DNA from: Myxococcota bacterium
GTDB lineage: Bacteria > Myxococcota_A > UBA796 > GCA-2862545
Direction: 5' to 3'
DNA: 64,000 bases
Assembly: GCA_039208735.1 (NCBI GenBank)
Contig: JBCCQY010000009.1
Location: forward strand, 34,557-98,556
Shown: positions 35,392 through 45,053 of the stretch, piece after piece
How positions within the stretch are numbered: the stretch's first letter is position 1
How the letters are laid out: each line of letters opens with the position of its first letter
Notes under the pieces: model-generated
What the model was told of the DNA's origin: nothing
Seen by the model: only the letters and a program-made list of their open reading frames with translations
Databases searched by the model: none
Position numbers and translations under genes: made by a program

Positions 35392-37007
35392 TCTCGTTGG
35401 GATGGTTCATCGGGACTTCCGCCATGGCGCAGACCGTGTCGGGAGGCGAAATCCCCGAGTTGAATGCGCAGCGGTTCCGGCCGGCGATCGACGCCGCTCG
35501 GACCTTCTGGCTCGACGATGCCCGCATGCCTCTCGAAGGTGCGCAGGGTCGCGTGCTGCTGTCCTACCACCACAATCCGCTCGTCTACCGCCAGGGCGAC
35601 GAGGAAACCCGCATCGTTCGCAACGTCCTGCAGGCCAACGCGATTGGCGGTTGGGGCATTGGACCGGTTCGCCTCGGTCTCGACGTGCCGATTTATCTGC
35701 TGGCGGACGGCGAGGTTTCAGACCCCGAAGCGGGCATCGGTGACATCGGCCTCGACGGTCGCGTCACCATCTTCGGAGAGGGTGCGCCGGTCGATGCCCC
35801 CGTCGACATCGGCCTACAGGGACGTCTGTTTGTTCCAACCGCGACGGTCAATACCGCACTGGGCGCCCCGGATCTCGCAGGCCAGATCGCCGTTGTCGCC
35901 AGCGCCGACGTGGGCAATCTGTTGCTGTTGGCCAATGCGGGCACGCGCATCAATCCCACCGAAGTCCTTGAGAACATCGAGTTGAACGATGCATTCGAGT
36001 ACCGGTTCGGAGGAGCCTATGCGTTCAACGACCGCGGCGGCATTTCGCTCGAGTTTGCGGGACTGCTCTACTACTCGGCCGAGATTGCGAATCGGGCGGG
36101 ATCGCCGTTTGAAGGCCTTGTTGGGGGCTACGGCCGCCTGACCGACAACCTCGAGCTACGCGGTGCGATTGGTCGCGGTCTGACGGCGGGGGTCGGGTCG
36201 CCCGATCTGCGCATCATTGCAGGCCTCGCCTTGCTCCCAGGTTCGCCGAAGACGACCGAAGAGCCGGAGCCCGTCGATTCCGATGGCGATGGCGTGGTCG
36301 ATTCAAAGGACGGTTGTCCCGACGAAGCGGAAGATCTGGATACCTACCAGGACGACGACGGCTGCCCAGATCCCAATACGAGCGTCGCGGTTCGCGTGTT
36401 GGGCCCCAATGAGCGTCCGCTTCGTCGAGCCACCCTGACGCGGACTCCGCCTGGCGAAGATGCTGAGCCGGTCGTTACGAAGGGCCCCCAGCATGCGCTG
36501 GTCTTGGAGCCCGGAACGTGGACCTTCGACGTCACGGCGCCTGGCTACAAGCCCGTCACCGTCACCCAAGATGTGGTGAATGGGCCGGCCGAGGTCCTCA
36601 ATGTGACTCTCGAACCCAGTAGCCAGCGCATCGTGGTCGATCAGGACCGCATCGAGCTTGCCGAGACGGTGCAGTTCCAGACAGGCTCGGACCGTTTGTT
36701 GAAGGAATCCCTGCCCCTGCTCGACGAAATCGCAGGCATCCTGGACAAGACCCCTGACATCATCAAGGTCTCGATCGAAGGCCACACCGACAATCGGGGT
36801 GATGAGGCGGCCAACCAGAGGTTGTCGGCGCGTCGTGCCCAGACCGTCATGACCTACCTTGTGAATTCCGGCATCGCTAAGGAACGTTTGCAGAGCGCAG
36901 GCTTTGGAGAATCCAAGCCTCTCGACGAACGGAATGTGGACGAGGCCTGGGAGAAGAACCGCCGCGTTGAGATCCGCATCCTCGAGTGGGCGGACGACGA
37001 AGAGTAG
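35388..37007 (+). CDS. TraB-like outer-membrane protein (beta-barrel, TSP3 repeats, carboxypeptidase-regulatory-like domain, OmpA domain)
   Basis: LNAQRFRPA N-terminus, DSDGDGVVDSKDGCP, IEGHTD, NQRLSARRA, NRRVE. ATGA overlap with the upstream gene. Confidence 0.9.
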   Translation: MISLGWFIGTSAMAQTVSGGEIPELNAQRFRPAIDAARTFWLDDARMPLEGAQGRVLLSYHHNPLVYRQGDEETRIVRNVLQANAIGGWGIGPVRLGLDVPIYLLADGEVSDPEAGIGDIGLDGRVTIFGEGAPVDAPVDIGLQGRLFVPTATVNTALGAPDLAGQIAVVASADVGNLLLLANAGTRINPTEVLENIELNDAFEYRFGGAYAFNDRGGISLEFAGLLYYSAEIANRAGSPFEGLVGGYGRLTDNLELRGAIGRGLTAGVGSPDLRIIAGLALLPGSPKTTEEPEPVDSDGDGVVDSKDGCPDEAEDLDTYQDDDGCPDPNTSVAVRVLGPNERPLRRATLTRTPPGEDAEPVVTKGPQHALVLEPGTWTFDVTAPGYKPVTVTQDVVNGPAEVLNVTLEPSSQRIVVDQDRIELAETVQFQTGSDRLLKESLPLLDEIAGILDKTPDIIKVSIEGHTDNRGDEAANQRLSARRAQTVMTYLVNSGIAKERLQSAGFGESKPLDERNVDEAWEKNRRVEIRILEWADDEE

Positions 37008-37013
37008 AACCTT

Positions 37014-37041
37014 GGCGTCCCGCCGGCCTTGGCGGGGCGCC
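37014..37041. terminator. GC-rich hairpin after the OmpA gene
   Basis: ggcgtcccgcc-ggcctt-ggcggggcgcc; no clear U-tract. Confidence 0.5.
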
Positions 37042-37078
37042 CTCGATTCGATTCAGGCCCATCTGGTACGCTGCGTGG

Positions 37079-39679
37079 GTGCACGATTCGATCATTGGCC
37101 GACAGTCTGAAATTCAGGTGCTCGTAGATGCCCTGAAGCAAGACGGATCACTCACCGTAGTGACGGGATTGGGAGGCATTGGGAAGACCCGCCTCGCCAC
37201 CGAGGTCGCCCGACAACAAACCGAGCCCGTGATTCGATTGAATCTCGACGGGGCCACCGAGGCCACCGCACTCCTGCAGACGGCGCAAGCGGTGCTCGGC
37301 ACCCCGCCGATTGCCGATTTGGGGTCGTTGTGGGCGACGCTTGAGGCCCAGGGTCCCGTACGAGTGGTTTTGGATGCATTTGAAGGATTGGCGGACCGCG
37401 GCAACGAAATCTTGGCGCCGGCCCGCGTTGCCGCACCACGACTCTCCCTGTTGGTGACGTCTCGCCTACCCGTTGTGGTGGCGGGCCAGAGCCGGCTTGT
37501 GCTGGGGCCGTTGGCTCCCGAAGACTCGGCCCACTTGATGCGGGTGTGCGCCCAGCAACAGGACCTTTCGTTTCGGCCTGAACGCGATCCCGAAGGGACC
37601 CAACGCCTGCTTGCCTGTTTGGATGGCCTTCCACTCGCCATCGAATTGGCGGCACGTCGGCTTGGGACGCTCACCCCCCGCGAACTCGCGGTACGTCTTG
37701 ACGAAGGACTGCAGTGTCTGCGACGCGCGACGGCGGGTTCGCGCCAGGCGAGCCTTCTCGAGGTCTTGCAGTGGTCGGTGGGACATCTGCCTTCGGCGTA
37801 CCGACAAGCTGCGTTGACGCTCGCGACGGTGACGGGTCAGTTCAGTGCGGAGACCGCAGAGTCGCTTGTAGAGGCCGATGACGTGGACGGACTCGAGGCG
37901 CTCGCCCACCTACTTCAGGTGGGGGTGCTGCATCGGACGGAGGCGACGCCGGGCCTCGCGATGCTGGGCCTGGTGCGACGTGCCTTGTTGGCGGGCGCAT
38001 CCGAAACGGACCGAGAGCGCGCATTGCGTCGGCATGCGGACCACTTTCTCGAACGATGTGCCCCCCTTTGTGCGCCCCGCGCGCTGTTCGAACGGGTGTT
38101 GGACGGCGAGCCCCCGGGCCCCGAGGCCGCGCACCTGCCGCAACTGGAAAGCATCGTTGAACAGCCCTTGCTCGACGCCTCTCGTCGGATTCGGGCCGCA
38201 TTGGGGGTGTTTGCCACGCTTACCCATGGTCAGCCCTCGGACCGCTACCGACCCCTCACCGCGTTGTTGGACGACGTGGCCTCCGACCCGCCTCCGCACG
38301 CCCGACTCCTGCAGGCCCACCTCGGAGCGATGGCACTGATGGAGAGGCCAACCCCCAAAGCGCTCTTTGAAAGCTACACGACGGCGAAGGCGGAGGGCGA
38401 CTTTGAGGGCGCGGCTCAACTTGGGTATTGGCTCGCCCGCCACCCGAATGCACCTGCCGCCTTCGACGCCGAGGCGGCCCGTCGGCTCGCGCGAACCTCC
38501 GATGGTCTGGTCTCGATGTTGTGGTCCCACGACGCTCGCCAGCGCAACATCTACTTGCTGCCTCGGCGGACGGCCCTCGACCTGGTGATTCGTTCGTCGC
38601 TCGAAGCCCAGCGCTATCCGAGCCTTGCCAATCGCTGGTTGGTGCACCGCGCCGCGCTCCTCATCGAATTGGCTCGGTTTGTCGAAGCGCGGCGTTTCCT
38701 TCAGCGTCTCCAACACAAAGCGTCCCCTGACCAGCCGCGGGAAGCGCTGATGTTGGAGGTCATGTTCGCCGACCTTGCCTTCGCCACCGACGATGTGCAA
38801 GCCGCCCATCAACACCTCGCGCGGGCCACGGTGATTTCCGAGACCCATCAGTTCGCAGCCGGCATTTATGATCGACTGGTTCGACTCAAGTGGGAGCTGG
38901 CCCTCACGGAAGGTCGCTCTGTCGAAGCGTTGGGCTGCCTTCCTGAATCGGCGATGTCGGACCCTCGATTGGGGAGCCGACTGCGGTGGATGCTTGGGGT
39001 GTCGCACCTCATGCAGGCAGATCCAGAAGCGGCCGATGCCGTGGTTTCGAATGGCGCCTCGCCGCCAAGCCTCTGGGCGGTGGACCAAGCCCTCGAGGAA
39101 GGGCTGCAAGGCCTTGTCGCGGCGTGGCGGGGCGAGACCTCGGCCGCCCAGATCGGGTTTGCCCGAGCCCGGGCGCGTGCGGTGTGTCGGCAGTCCCGTC
39201 GGGTGGAGTCGATCCTCGTGGCCATGGTGAGAGTGGCGGCTCGCTGGCTTGCCTTGCCACCGTCCGCGTTTGGCTTGGGCAGCGATCGGTCGGTCCCGCC
39301 CTACCTGTCGGTCCGAGCCGTATGGCCGCTGGCCGAGCTCAAACCCGATGTCTCACCGGCCATTCTTCGAGTCGGTCGAGACCTGAGGTGGTGTGAAGCG
39401 CCGCAGAGCGCCCGCCTAGATCTGGCTAAACGCCCGGTTCTTCAGCGCATTATCGGCAAGCTCGTGGACGCACGCCTCGAACAGCCGGGCGGCGTCGTCG
39501 AGGCGGACTCCCTCATTGCGGCGGGCTGGCCTGATGATCGGTCGGGTCATGTGGCGTTACGCAATCGGCTGTGGGTCGCCCTTTCGAGGTTGCGTCGCCA
39601 AGGCTGGTCGACGGTGATCGAGCGGGTGGGATCGGGCTACCGCATTCCCGAGGAGTTGCCGATCCAGCGGGTTCGGTAG
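37079..39679 (+). CDS. STAND/NB-ARC-type ATPase regulator with a helical region and a C-terminal winged HTH
   Basis: IIGR, GLGGIGKTRLA, VVLDAFE, LVTSR, LDGLPLAIELAA; C-terminal AGWPDD...NRLWVALSRLR...GYR. Confidence 0.88.
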   Translation: MHDSIIGRQSEIQVLVDALKQDGSLTVVTGLGGIGKTRLATEVARQQTEPVIRLNLDGATEATALLQTAQAVLGTPPIADLGSLWATLEAQGPVRVVLDAFEGLADRGNEILAPARVAAPRLSLLVTSRLPVVVAGQSRLVLGPLAPEDSAHLMRVCAQQQDLSFRPERDPEGTQRLLACLDGLPLAIELAARRLGTLTPRELAVRLDEGLQCLRRATAGSRQASLLEVLQWSVGHLPSAYRQAALTLATVTGQFSAETAESLVEADDVDGLEALAHLLQVGVLHRTEATPGLAMLGLVRRALLAGASETDRERALRRHADHFLERCAPLCAPRALFERVLDGEPPGPEAAHLPQLESIVEQPLLDASRRIRAALGVFATLTHGQPSDRYRPLTALLDDVASDPPPHARLLQAHLGAMALMERPTPKALFESYTTAKAEGDFEGAAQLGYWLARHPNAPAAFDAEAARRLARTSDGLVSMLWSHDARQRNIYLLPRRTALDLVIRSSLEAQRYPSLANRWLVHRAALLIELARFVEARRFLQRLQHKASPDQPREALMLEVMFADLAFATDDVQAAHQHLARATVISETHQFAAGIYDRLVRLKWELALTEGRSVEALGCLPESAMSDPRLGSRLRWMLGVSHLMQADPEAADAVVSNGASPPSLWAVDQALEEGLQGLVAAWRGETSAAQIGFARARARAVCRQSRRVESILVAMVRVAARWLALPPSAFGLGSDRSVPPYLSVRAVWPLAELKPDVSPAILRVGRDLRWCEAPQSARLDLAKRPVLQRIIGKLVDARLEQPGGVVEADSLIAAGWPDDRSGHVALRNRLWVALSRLRRQGWSTVIERVGSGYRIPEELPIQRVR

Positions 39680-39695
39680 CCGAAGGCAAGCGTGC

Positions 39696-41093
39696 TCACG
39701 AGGTCTTGGTCGTGGTGTAGAACCCCGTGTTCCGGGCATTCTCGTCGATTCGCAGCGGATGCTGAAGCGAGGGGAAGGCCCGTTGACCACAGTCGTGCCG
39801 CTCGCACAACCGGCACGTGACTCCAATCGGAACCGTGATGTCGTCGGGGTTGGTGAGGTCCAACCCGTCGGCGTACACCCAGTCCTTGGCGTGCTCGAGA
39901 CGACACCCGAGGCCGACCGCATGCACGATCTCCTCGGTGCCGTGGCCCCCATGCCGATGCGACACGGTGCGGGCCACGCAGGCGTACGGCACGCCGTCGG
40001 GCATCCGAGACACCTGCACCCGCAACTCGTGAGGCCGCAAGAAGGCACGGGAGACGTTCCAACGAGGACATGCTCCGCCAAATCTTGCGAATCGAATCCC
40101 CGAACCCGAAAAGCGCTTCGACACATTTCCGGCGAGGTCGATCTTGACGAAATGGAACGGAATGCCCTCATCTCCTTGACGATGCAACGTGCACAATCGA
40201 TGGCACACCTGTTCGAAACTCGCCTGAAAACGGTGGCCCAAACGGTCCAGATCGTGCCGCATTTGTCGCGCCGACCGTGCGAACGCCGAATAGGGCATGA
40301 GCACCGCTCCCGCGAAGTACCCAGCGAGCACAATGCGGAGCAGGGTTCGTGTGGGCGGTGACGCGCCCTTGGCCTTGGCCACCCAAGCATCGATCGCGTC
40401 GCCGGCTTCGATGAGCGCAAGCTGGACCGCGAGCTGGAAATCCCGGGTGCTTGGAGGCAACCCCTCGGCGAGGGTGAGCACGCCCGTGTCTGGGTCGAAG
40501 GTGCGCATTCCGGGGGCATCGGCGATGCGAACGACCACGCCATGCCGGGCCATGCGGCGGACGAGCCTCGGGTAGCGGTCCTGGGGCTCGAGTTCATCGG
40601 ACACCGCCTCGGCTGCGGTCTCGAGTTCGGGAAAATGGTTGCCGTAGCGTTCGATGAAGGCCGTGACTTCGTCCGATGGAAGTCGGAGGTCGGTCGCGGG
40701 GAGCTGGTCGTCGACCATTCGACGCAGCGTGGCGAGCTGCTCTGTTGCGTCTCGGTAGGAGCGATAGAGGTCGACTACCGCGCGCCCCACTCCAGGGAGG
40801 CGAGACACCAACTCTTCGATCTCATGGTTCGAAGGGTCGTGCGATTCGAAGAGGTCGTCTCCGAAAATCTCCATGAGGTCGCCGGTCAACCTGGCGTCTT
40901 CGTGGGTCGAAAACGAGGTGAGGTCGACCTCATAGGTCTGTAAGATCTTGATGAGGACGGGTGCGGTCAACGGCCGCTTGTCGCGCTCGATCAGGTTGAG
41001 GTAGCTCGCGGAGATGCCAAGTTGTTCGGCCATTCGCGCTTGCGTAAGTCCCCGACGCCGCCGTAGCGCGCGCACCTTGCCTCCGAGCTGCAT
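39696..41093 (-). CDS. ramB: XRE-family short-chain fatty acyl-CoA regulator (RamB/ScfR type)
   Basis: XRE HTH (ISASYLNLIE), YFAGAVLMPY, SFEQVCHRL, AGNVSKR, GGACPRW, CRLCERHDCGQRAFP. Divergent from aceBA. Confidence 0.9.
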   Translation of the reverse strand: MQLGGKVRALRRRRGLTQARMAEQLGISASYLNLIERDKRPLTAPVLIKILQTYEVDLTSFSTHEDARLTGDLMEIFGDDLFESHDPSNHEIEELVSRLPGVGRAVVDLYRSYRDATEQLATLRRMVDDQLPATDLRLPSDEVTAFIERYGNHFPELETAAEAVSDELEPQDRYPRLVRRMARHGVVVRIADAPGMRTFDPDTGVLTLAEGLPPSTRDFQLAVQLALIEAGDAIDAWVAKAKGASPPTRTLLRIVLAGYFAGAVLMPYSAFARSARQMRHDLDRLGHRFQASFEQVCHRLCTLHRQGDEGIPFHFVKIDLAGNVSKRFSGSGIRFARFGGACPRWNVSRAFLRPHELRVQVSRMPDGVPYACVARTVSHRHGGHGTEEIVHAVGLGCRLEHAKDWVYADGLDLTNPDDITVPIGVTCRLCERHDCGQRAFPSLQHPLRIDENARNTGFYTTTKTS

Positions 41094-41117
41094 GCGTCCT
41101 CCGAATCCCCGCTCATC

Positions 41118-41174
41118 TTTACAACGTTTACAACGTGACAGCGATTCGGAGACGTTGCACGACGGGTTCACAAC
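41118..41174. promoter_or_regulatory. Putative RamB operator array
   Basis: TTTACAACG x2 in tandem (41118-41135), followed by TGACA and a further TTCACAAC (41167-41174). AT-rich island between ramB and aceB. Confidence 0.65.
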
Positions 41175-41252
41175 CGGCACGCCGCCGTCCCATTGCCCAA
41201 AGGCCGTGATCTTCGCATTTTGGGGTCGACGATCGAACAGTCGGGAGGCGCG

Positions 41253-42833
41253 ATGGCGGGACTACGACTCGAACAGGGCACGGAGCGCGAGGCTGCGACG
41301 TCGACTATGTGCACGCCAGAGGCGTTGGCGTTTGTCACGCGCCTGGTGGAACGGCTCGCGCCGGCGCGGGAGGAGCTGCTGCAGGCGCGTCAGGAGGCCC
41401 AGGCTCGCTACGACGGTGGCGAGCTGCCCACGTTCCGGGATGACACCGCGTGGATTCGCAAGGGGGCTTGGAAGTGCGCTCCGCTGCCCGCCGAGTTGAC
41501 CGACCGTCGGGTGGAGATCACGGGTCCTCCGGACCGCAAGATGATGATCAACGCCCTCAACAGCGGCGCCAATGTCTTCATGGCGGACCTCGAAGATTCG
41601 ATGTCGCCCACGTGGGCGAACGTGGTGCAAGGGCTTCAGAACCTGCACGATGCGGTCCGCAACGAGCTGCATTTCGTTCATCCGAAGACCGGCAAGGAAT
41701 ATGTTGTCGGTGCGAATCCGGCGCGGCTCATGGTGCGCCCGCGAGGCCTTCACCTGGTTGAGCGCAACGTGACGCTGGACGGCAAGCCGGTTCCGGCCAC
41801 GATCTTCGACGTCGGCATGTTCCTGTTCCACAATGCCCGGGCGTTGGTGGACCACGGAACGCGACCGTACCTCTACCTGCCCAAGATGGAAGCCTTCGAA
41901 GAAGCCCTGTGGTTCGATGAGCTGTTTCTCGAAGCCCAACATGCGCTGGGACTGCCGGTGGGCACGGTCCGAGCCACCGTACTCATTGAAACGCTGCCCG
42001 CAGCCTTCCAGATGGACGAAATTCTGTTTGCCTTGCGCCATCATGCCGTGGGCTTGAACTGCGGGCGTTGGGACTACATCTTTTCGCTCATTAAGGTCAC
42101 GCGAGCCCACGCGGACCGGGTGCTGCCGGATCGCTCGGCGGTCGGCATGCAGCAGCCATTTATGCGTGCCTACACCCAGCGTGAGGTGGCGGTCTGCCAC
42201 CGTCGGGGGGTGTTCGCCATGGGCGGAATGGCCGCCCAGATTCCGATCAAGCACGACGAAGAGGCCCACGCCGCCGCCATGGCCAAGGTCCGTGCCGACA
42301 AGGAGCGCGAAGTCCGCGACGGCCACGATGGCACCTGGGTCGCGCACCCCGCCCTCGTTCCGGTGGCGCAGGCGGCGTTCAACGACGTGCTGCAGGGCCA
42401 GACCAATCAGCTCGAAGTGCAGATCGAAGCGCACGAAGATGCGGCCGCCTTGTTGGCGACGCCTTTGGGCCCTCGCACGCGAGCGGGGCTGTCCCACAGC
42501 GTTGAGGTCGGCATCCAGTACCTCGCCGCCTGGCTTGCCGGACAGGGCTGTGTGCCGCTGCATCACCTCATGGAAGACGCCGCCACGGCCGAGATTTGCC
42601 GAGCCCAGATCTGGCAGTGGGTGCGCCACGGCGCCACGCTCGATGACGGTGCGGTCATCGATGCCGATCTGGTGAGCCGCCTCGCTCAACAGGTGCGTGA
42701 GAACGCCGAGCACCCACTGCCCACGATCCGCACGGCCACGGACCTCTTCGTTCGCCTGTGCACCGCCGAGGTGCTGGCCCCCTTCCTGACCACTGAAGCC
42801 TACGCCATCGCACGACCCCTGGAGACCGCATGA
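41253..42833 (+). CDS. aceB: Malate synthase A
   Basis: [49 protein letters not shown]. Confidence 0.97.
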   Translation: MAGLRLEQGTEREAATSTMCTPEALAFVTRLVERLAPAREELLQARQEAQARYDGGELPTFRDDTAWIRKGAWKCAPLPAELTDRRVEITGPPDRKMMINALNSGANVFMADLEDSMSPTWANVVQGLQNLHDAVRNELHFVHPKTGKEYVVGANPARLMVRPRGLHLVERNVTLDGKPVPATIFDVGMFLFHNARALVDHGTRPYLYLPKMEAFEEALWFDELFLEAQHALGLPVGTVRATVLIETLPAAFQMDEILFALRHHAVGLNCGRWDYIFSLIKVTRAHADRVLPDRSAVGMQQPFMRAYTQREVAVCHRRGVFAMGGMAAQIPIKHDEEAHAAAMAKVRADKEREVRDGHDGTWVAHPALVPVAQAAFNDVLQGQTNQLEVQIEAHEDAAALLATPLGPRTRAGLSHSVEVGIQYLAAWLAGQGCVPLHHLMEDAATAEICRAQIWQWVRHGATLDDGAVIDADLVSRLAQQVRENAEHPLPTIRTATDLFVRLCTAEVLAPFLTTEAYAIARPLETA

Positions 42834-44104
42834 CCCTGCCCAACCCCACTCCCCCCAACCCGACGCCCACCTGGTCTTCCGACCGCTGGAAGGGCATCGA
42901 GCGTCCCTACACTGAGCAAGATGTGGTGCGGCTACGCGGTAGCCTTCACATCGAGTACACGCTGGCTCGGGTCGGCGCAGAGAAGCTGTGGCGACGCATT
43001 CACGAGCGTCCGTACGTCAATGCCTTGGGTGCGCTTACGGGCAACCAGGCCGTGCAGCAGGTTCGGGCCGGTCTCGAGGCGATCTACCTGTCGGGATGGC
43101 AGGTGGCCGCCGACGCCAACCTGGCGGGCGAGATGTACCCCGATCAGTCGCTGTACCCGGCGAACTCGGTGCCCTCGGTGGTCGCCCGCATCAACGCCGC
43201 GCTGCAGCGAGCGGATCAGATCGAGCACGCCGAAGGCAAGACCACCTGCGATTGGTTTGCGCCGATCGTGGCCGATGCCGAGGCCGGTTTCGGGGGGGCG
43301 CTCAACGCCCATGAGTTGATGAAGTCGATGATCCGGGCCGGTGCGGCTGGCGTGCACTTCGAGGACCAGCTGGCCGCGGAAAAGAAGTGTGGCCACCTCG
43401 GTGGCAAGGTGCTCGTGCCCACGTCGCAGTTCGTGCAGACGCTGGTGAGTGCTCGCCTCGCTGCCGACGTGCTCGACGTGCCGACGGTGCTCATCGCCCG
43501 GACGGACGCCAACGCCGCCGCACTGTTGACCTCCGACATCGATCCGCGCGACCAGGCCTTTTGCACCGGGGAGCGCACCGCGGAAGGGTTCTTCCGGGTG
43601 CAGAACGGACTTGATCAGGCGATCGCGCGCGGCCTGGCCTACGCACCGTACGCCGATTTGCTTTGGTGTGAGACCTCGAAGCCAGACCTTGGGGAAGCCA
43701 AGCGCTTCGCCGAAGCGATCCACGCCGAATTCCCCGGCAAGCCGCTGGCCTACAACTGCTCGCCGTCGTTCAACTGGCGCCGTCACCTCGACCCCACCAC
43801 CATCGCCAACTTCCAGCGGGAGCTGGGCGCGATGGGGTACCGCTTCCAGTTCGTGACGCTCGCAGGCTTTCACGCCCTCAACACGAGCATGTTTGAATTG
43901 GCTAAGGGCTACGCCGATGAAGGAATGGCGGCCTACTCGAAGCTGCAGGAGCGGGAGTTCGAACTTCAGGACGCAGGGTTCACCGCGGTCAAGCACCAGC
44001 GGGAAGTGGGCACGGGCTACTTCGACGAAGTGCGCCAGGTGCTCTCGGCCGGCAAGGCGTCGACCGGTGCGCTTGAGGGTTCGACGGAAGCCGAGCAGTT
44101 CTAA
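42830..44104 (+). CDS. aceA: Isocitrate lyase
   Basis: [41 protein letters not shown]. Confidence 0.98.
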   Translation: MTLPNPTPPNPTPTWSSDRWKGIERPYTEQDVVRLRGSLHIEYTLARVGAEKLWRRIHERPYVNALGALTGNQAVQQVRAGLEAIYLSGWQVAADANLAGEMYPDQSLYPANSVPSVVARINAALQRADQIEHAEGKTTCDWFAPIVADAEAGFGGALNAHELMKSMIRAGAAGVHFEDQLAAEKKCGHLGGKVLVPTSQFVQTLVSARLAADVLDVPTVLIARTDANAAALLTSDIDPRDQAFCTGERTAEGFFRVQNGLDQAIARGLAYAPYADLLWCETSKPDLGEAKRFAEAIHAEFPGKPLAYNCSPSFNWRRHLDPTTIANFQRELGAMGYRFQFVTLAGFHALNTSMFELAKGYADEGMAAYSKLQEREFELQDAGFTAVKHQREVGTGYFDEVRQVLSAGKASTGALEGSTEAEQF

Positions 44105-44143
44105 GGCACCCCGCCACCATACGGCTTCCCGTGCGGAGGTACG

Positions 44144-45052
44144 GTGGCCGTCGAGATGGTGTGGCTGAACGGACGCGTGAACGTGCTGGAGCACGGGCTC
44201 GCGTTGACCGAAGAACACCCTGGGCAATGGGTTCTCGAAGGGGGGGCGTCGCGGATTGAACGCTCCCCTGTGGGCGACCGCGGCACCCTCGTGGTGGAGG
44301 GGGAAACCTACGTCCTCAGCGGGGGCTTGCATCCGACGCCCCGCGGCCTGGTGGGCCGCTTCGTGACCCCGCCCGGAGGAGCGTTTGTGCGGGAGCGGGT
44401 TGCCCTGATGCTGATCCCCGACCCCGACGATCCCATCCTCGCGGCGTTTGGGCGAGATCCCTCTTCCGACCGCCCCACCTCCCTGGTCGGGTGGCCGATG
44501 CCCACGCCCCTGACCCGGCCACGACTGCTGCCGCGCATCGTGCGTGGAACCCCTCCTCTGCTGGCTCGTGCCCTCGACGACCAGGGCGACGAAACGCACG
44601 TCACCCTTGCCACGCGCCCGATCGGTGAGGACCTCGCCATCGTCTACGTCGAGGACACCGATGCGGGCGTCCGCCGCCTGGATGTGGATGCGGCGAACCG
44701 GATCGAACCCGACGAGGCCCACCGGTGGACACGGGCCCTCGACAACCTCGCGAAGCTCCCGCTGGTGCGGATCGTGGGAGACGGGCCGCTGTTTACCGTG
44801 CGCCGGTCGGGCGTTCACGAAGCCGCGTTTCTTCTCCTCGAGACGTTTTGGGACGCCATGGCGCCGCTACTCGATGGGCCACGGATGGTCGCAATGCCAC
44901 GGCACGACGTGCTCATCGTCACCGGCGATGCGGGTGCAGATCGGCAGCAGGCCCTTCGAGAGGCGGCAGCCCGCTACGACACTCCTCACGGCCCGCTAAG
45001 CGATGCCCTTCACCGCTTCGACGATGTGCGTCAGCAGTGGCGCCTGGTGTAG
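44144..45052 (+). CDS. Hypothetical protein; C-terminal half resembles YtpQ/DUF1444-like proteins
   Basis: GGAGG precedes GTG. LAIVYVED...ALDNL...EAAFLL...VAMPRHDVL pattern; family call tentative. Confidence 0.6.
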   Translation: MAVEMVWLNGRVNVLEHGLALTEEHPGQWVLEGGASRIERSPVGDRGTLVVEGETYVLSGGLHPTPRGLVGRFVTPPGGAFVRERVALMLIPDPDDPILAAFGRDPSSDRPTSLVGWPMPTPLTRPRLLPRIVRGTPPLLARALDDQGDETHVTLATRPIGEDLAIVYVEDTDAGVRRLDVDAANRIEPDEAHRWTRALDNLAKLPLVRIVGDGPLFTVRRSGVHEAAFLLLETFWDAMAPLLDGPRMVAMPRHDVLIVTGDAGADRQQALREAAARYDTPHGPLSDALHRFDDVRQQWRLV

Positions 45053-45053
45053 A

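Noticed and set aside
33555..35573. 672-aa Ser/Pro-rich minus-strand ORF
   Set aside because: Antisense reading of the Asp/Gly repeats of the real plus-strand gene.
37079..39679. STAND ATPase as an antiphage (Avs) system
   Set aside because: It has no N-terminal effector domain. The ATPase plus C-terminal winged HTH layout fits the common myxobacterial transcriptional regulators.
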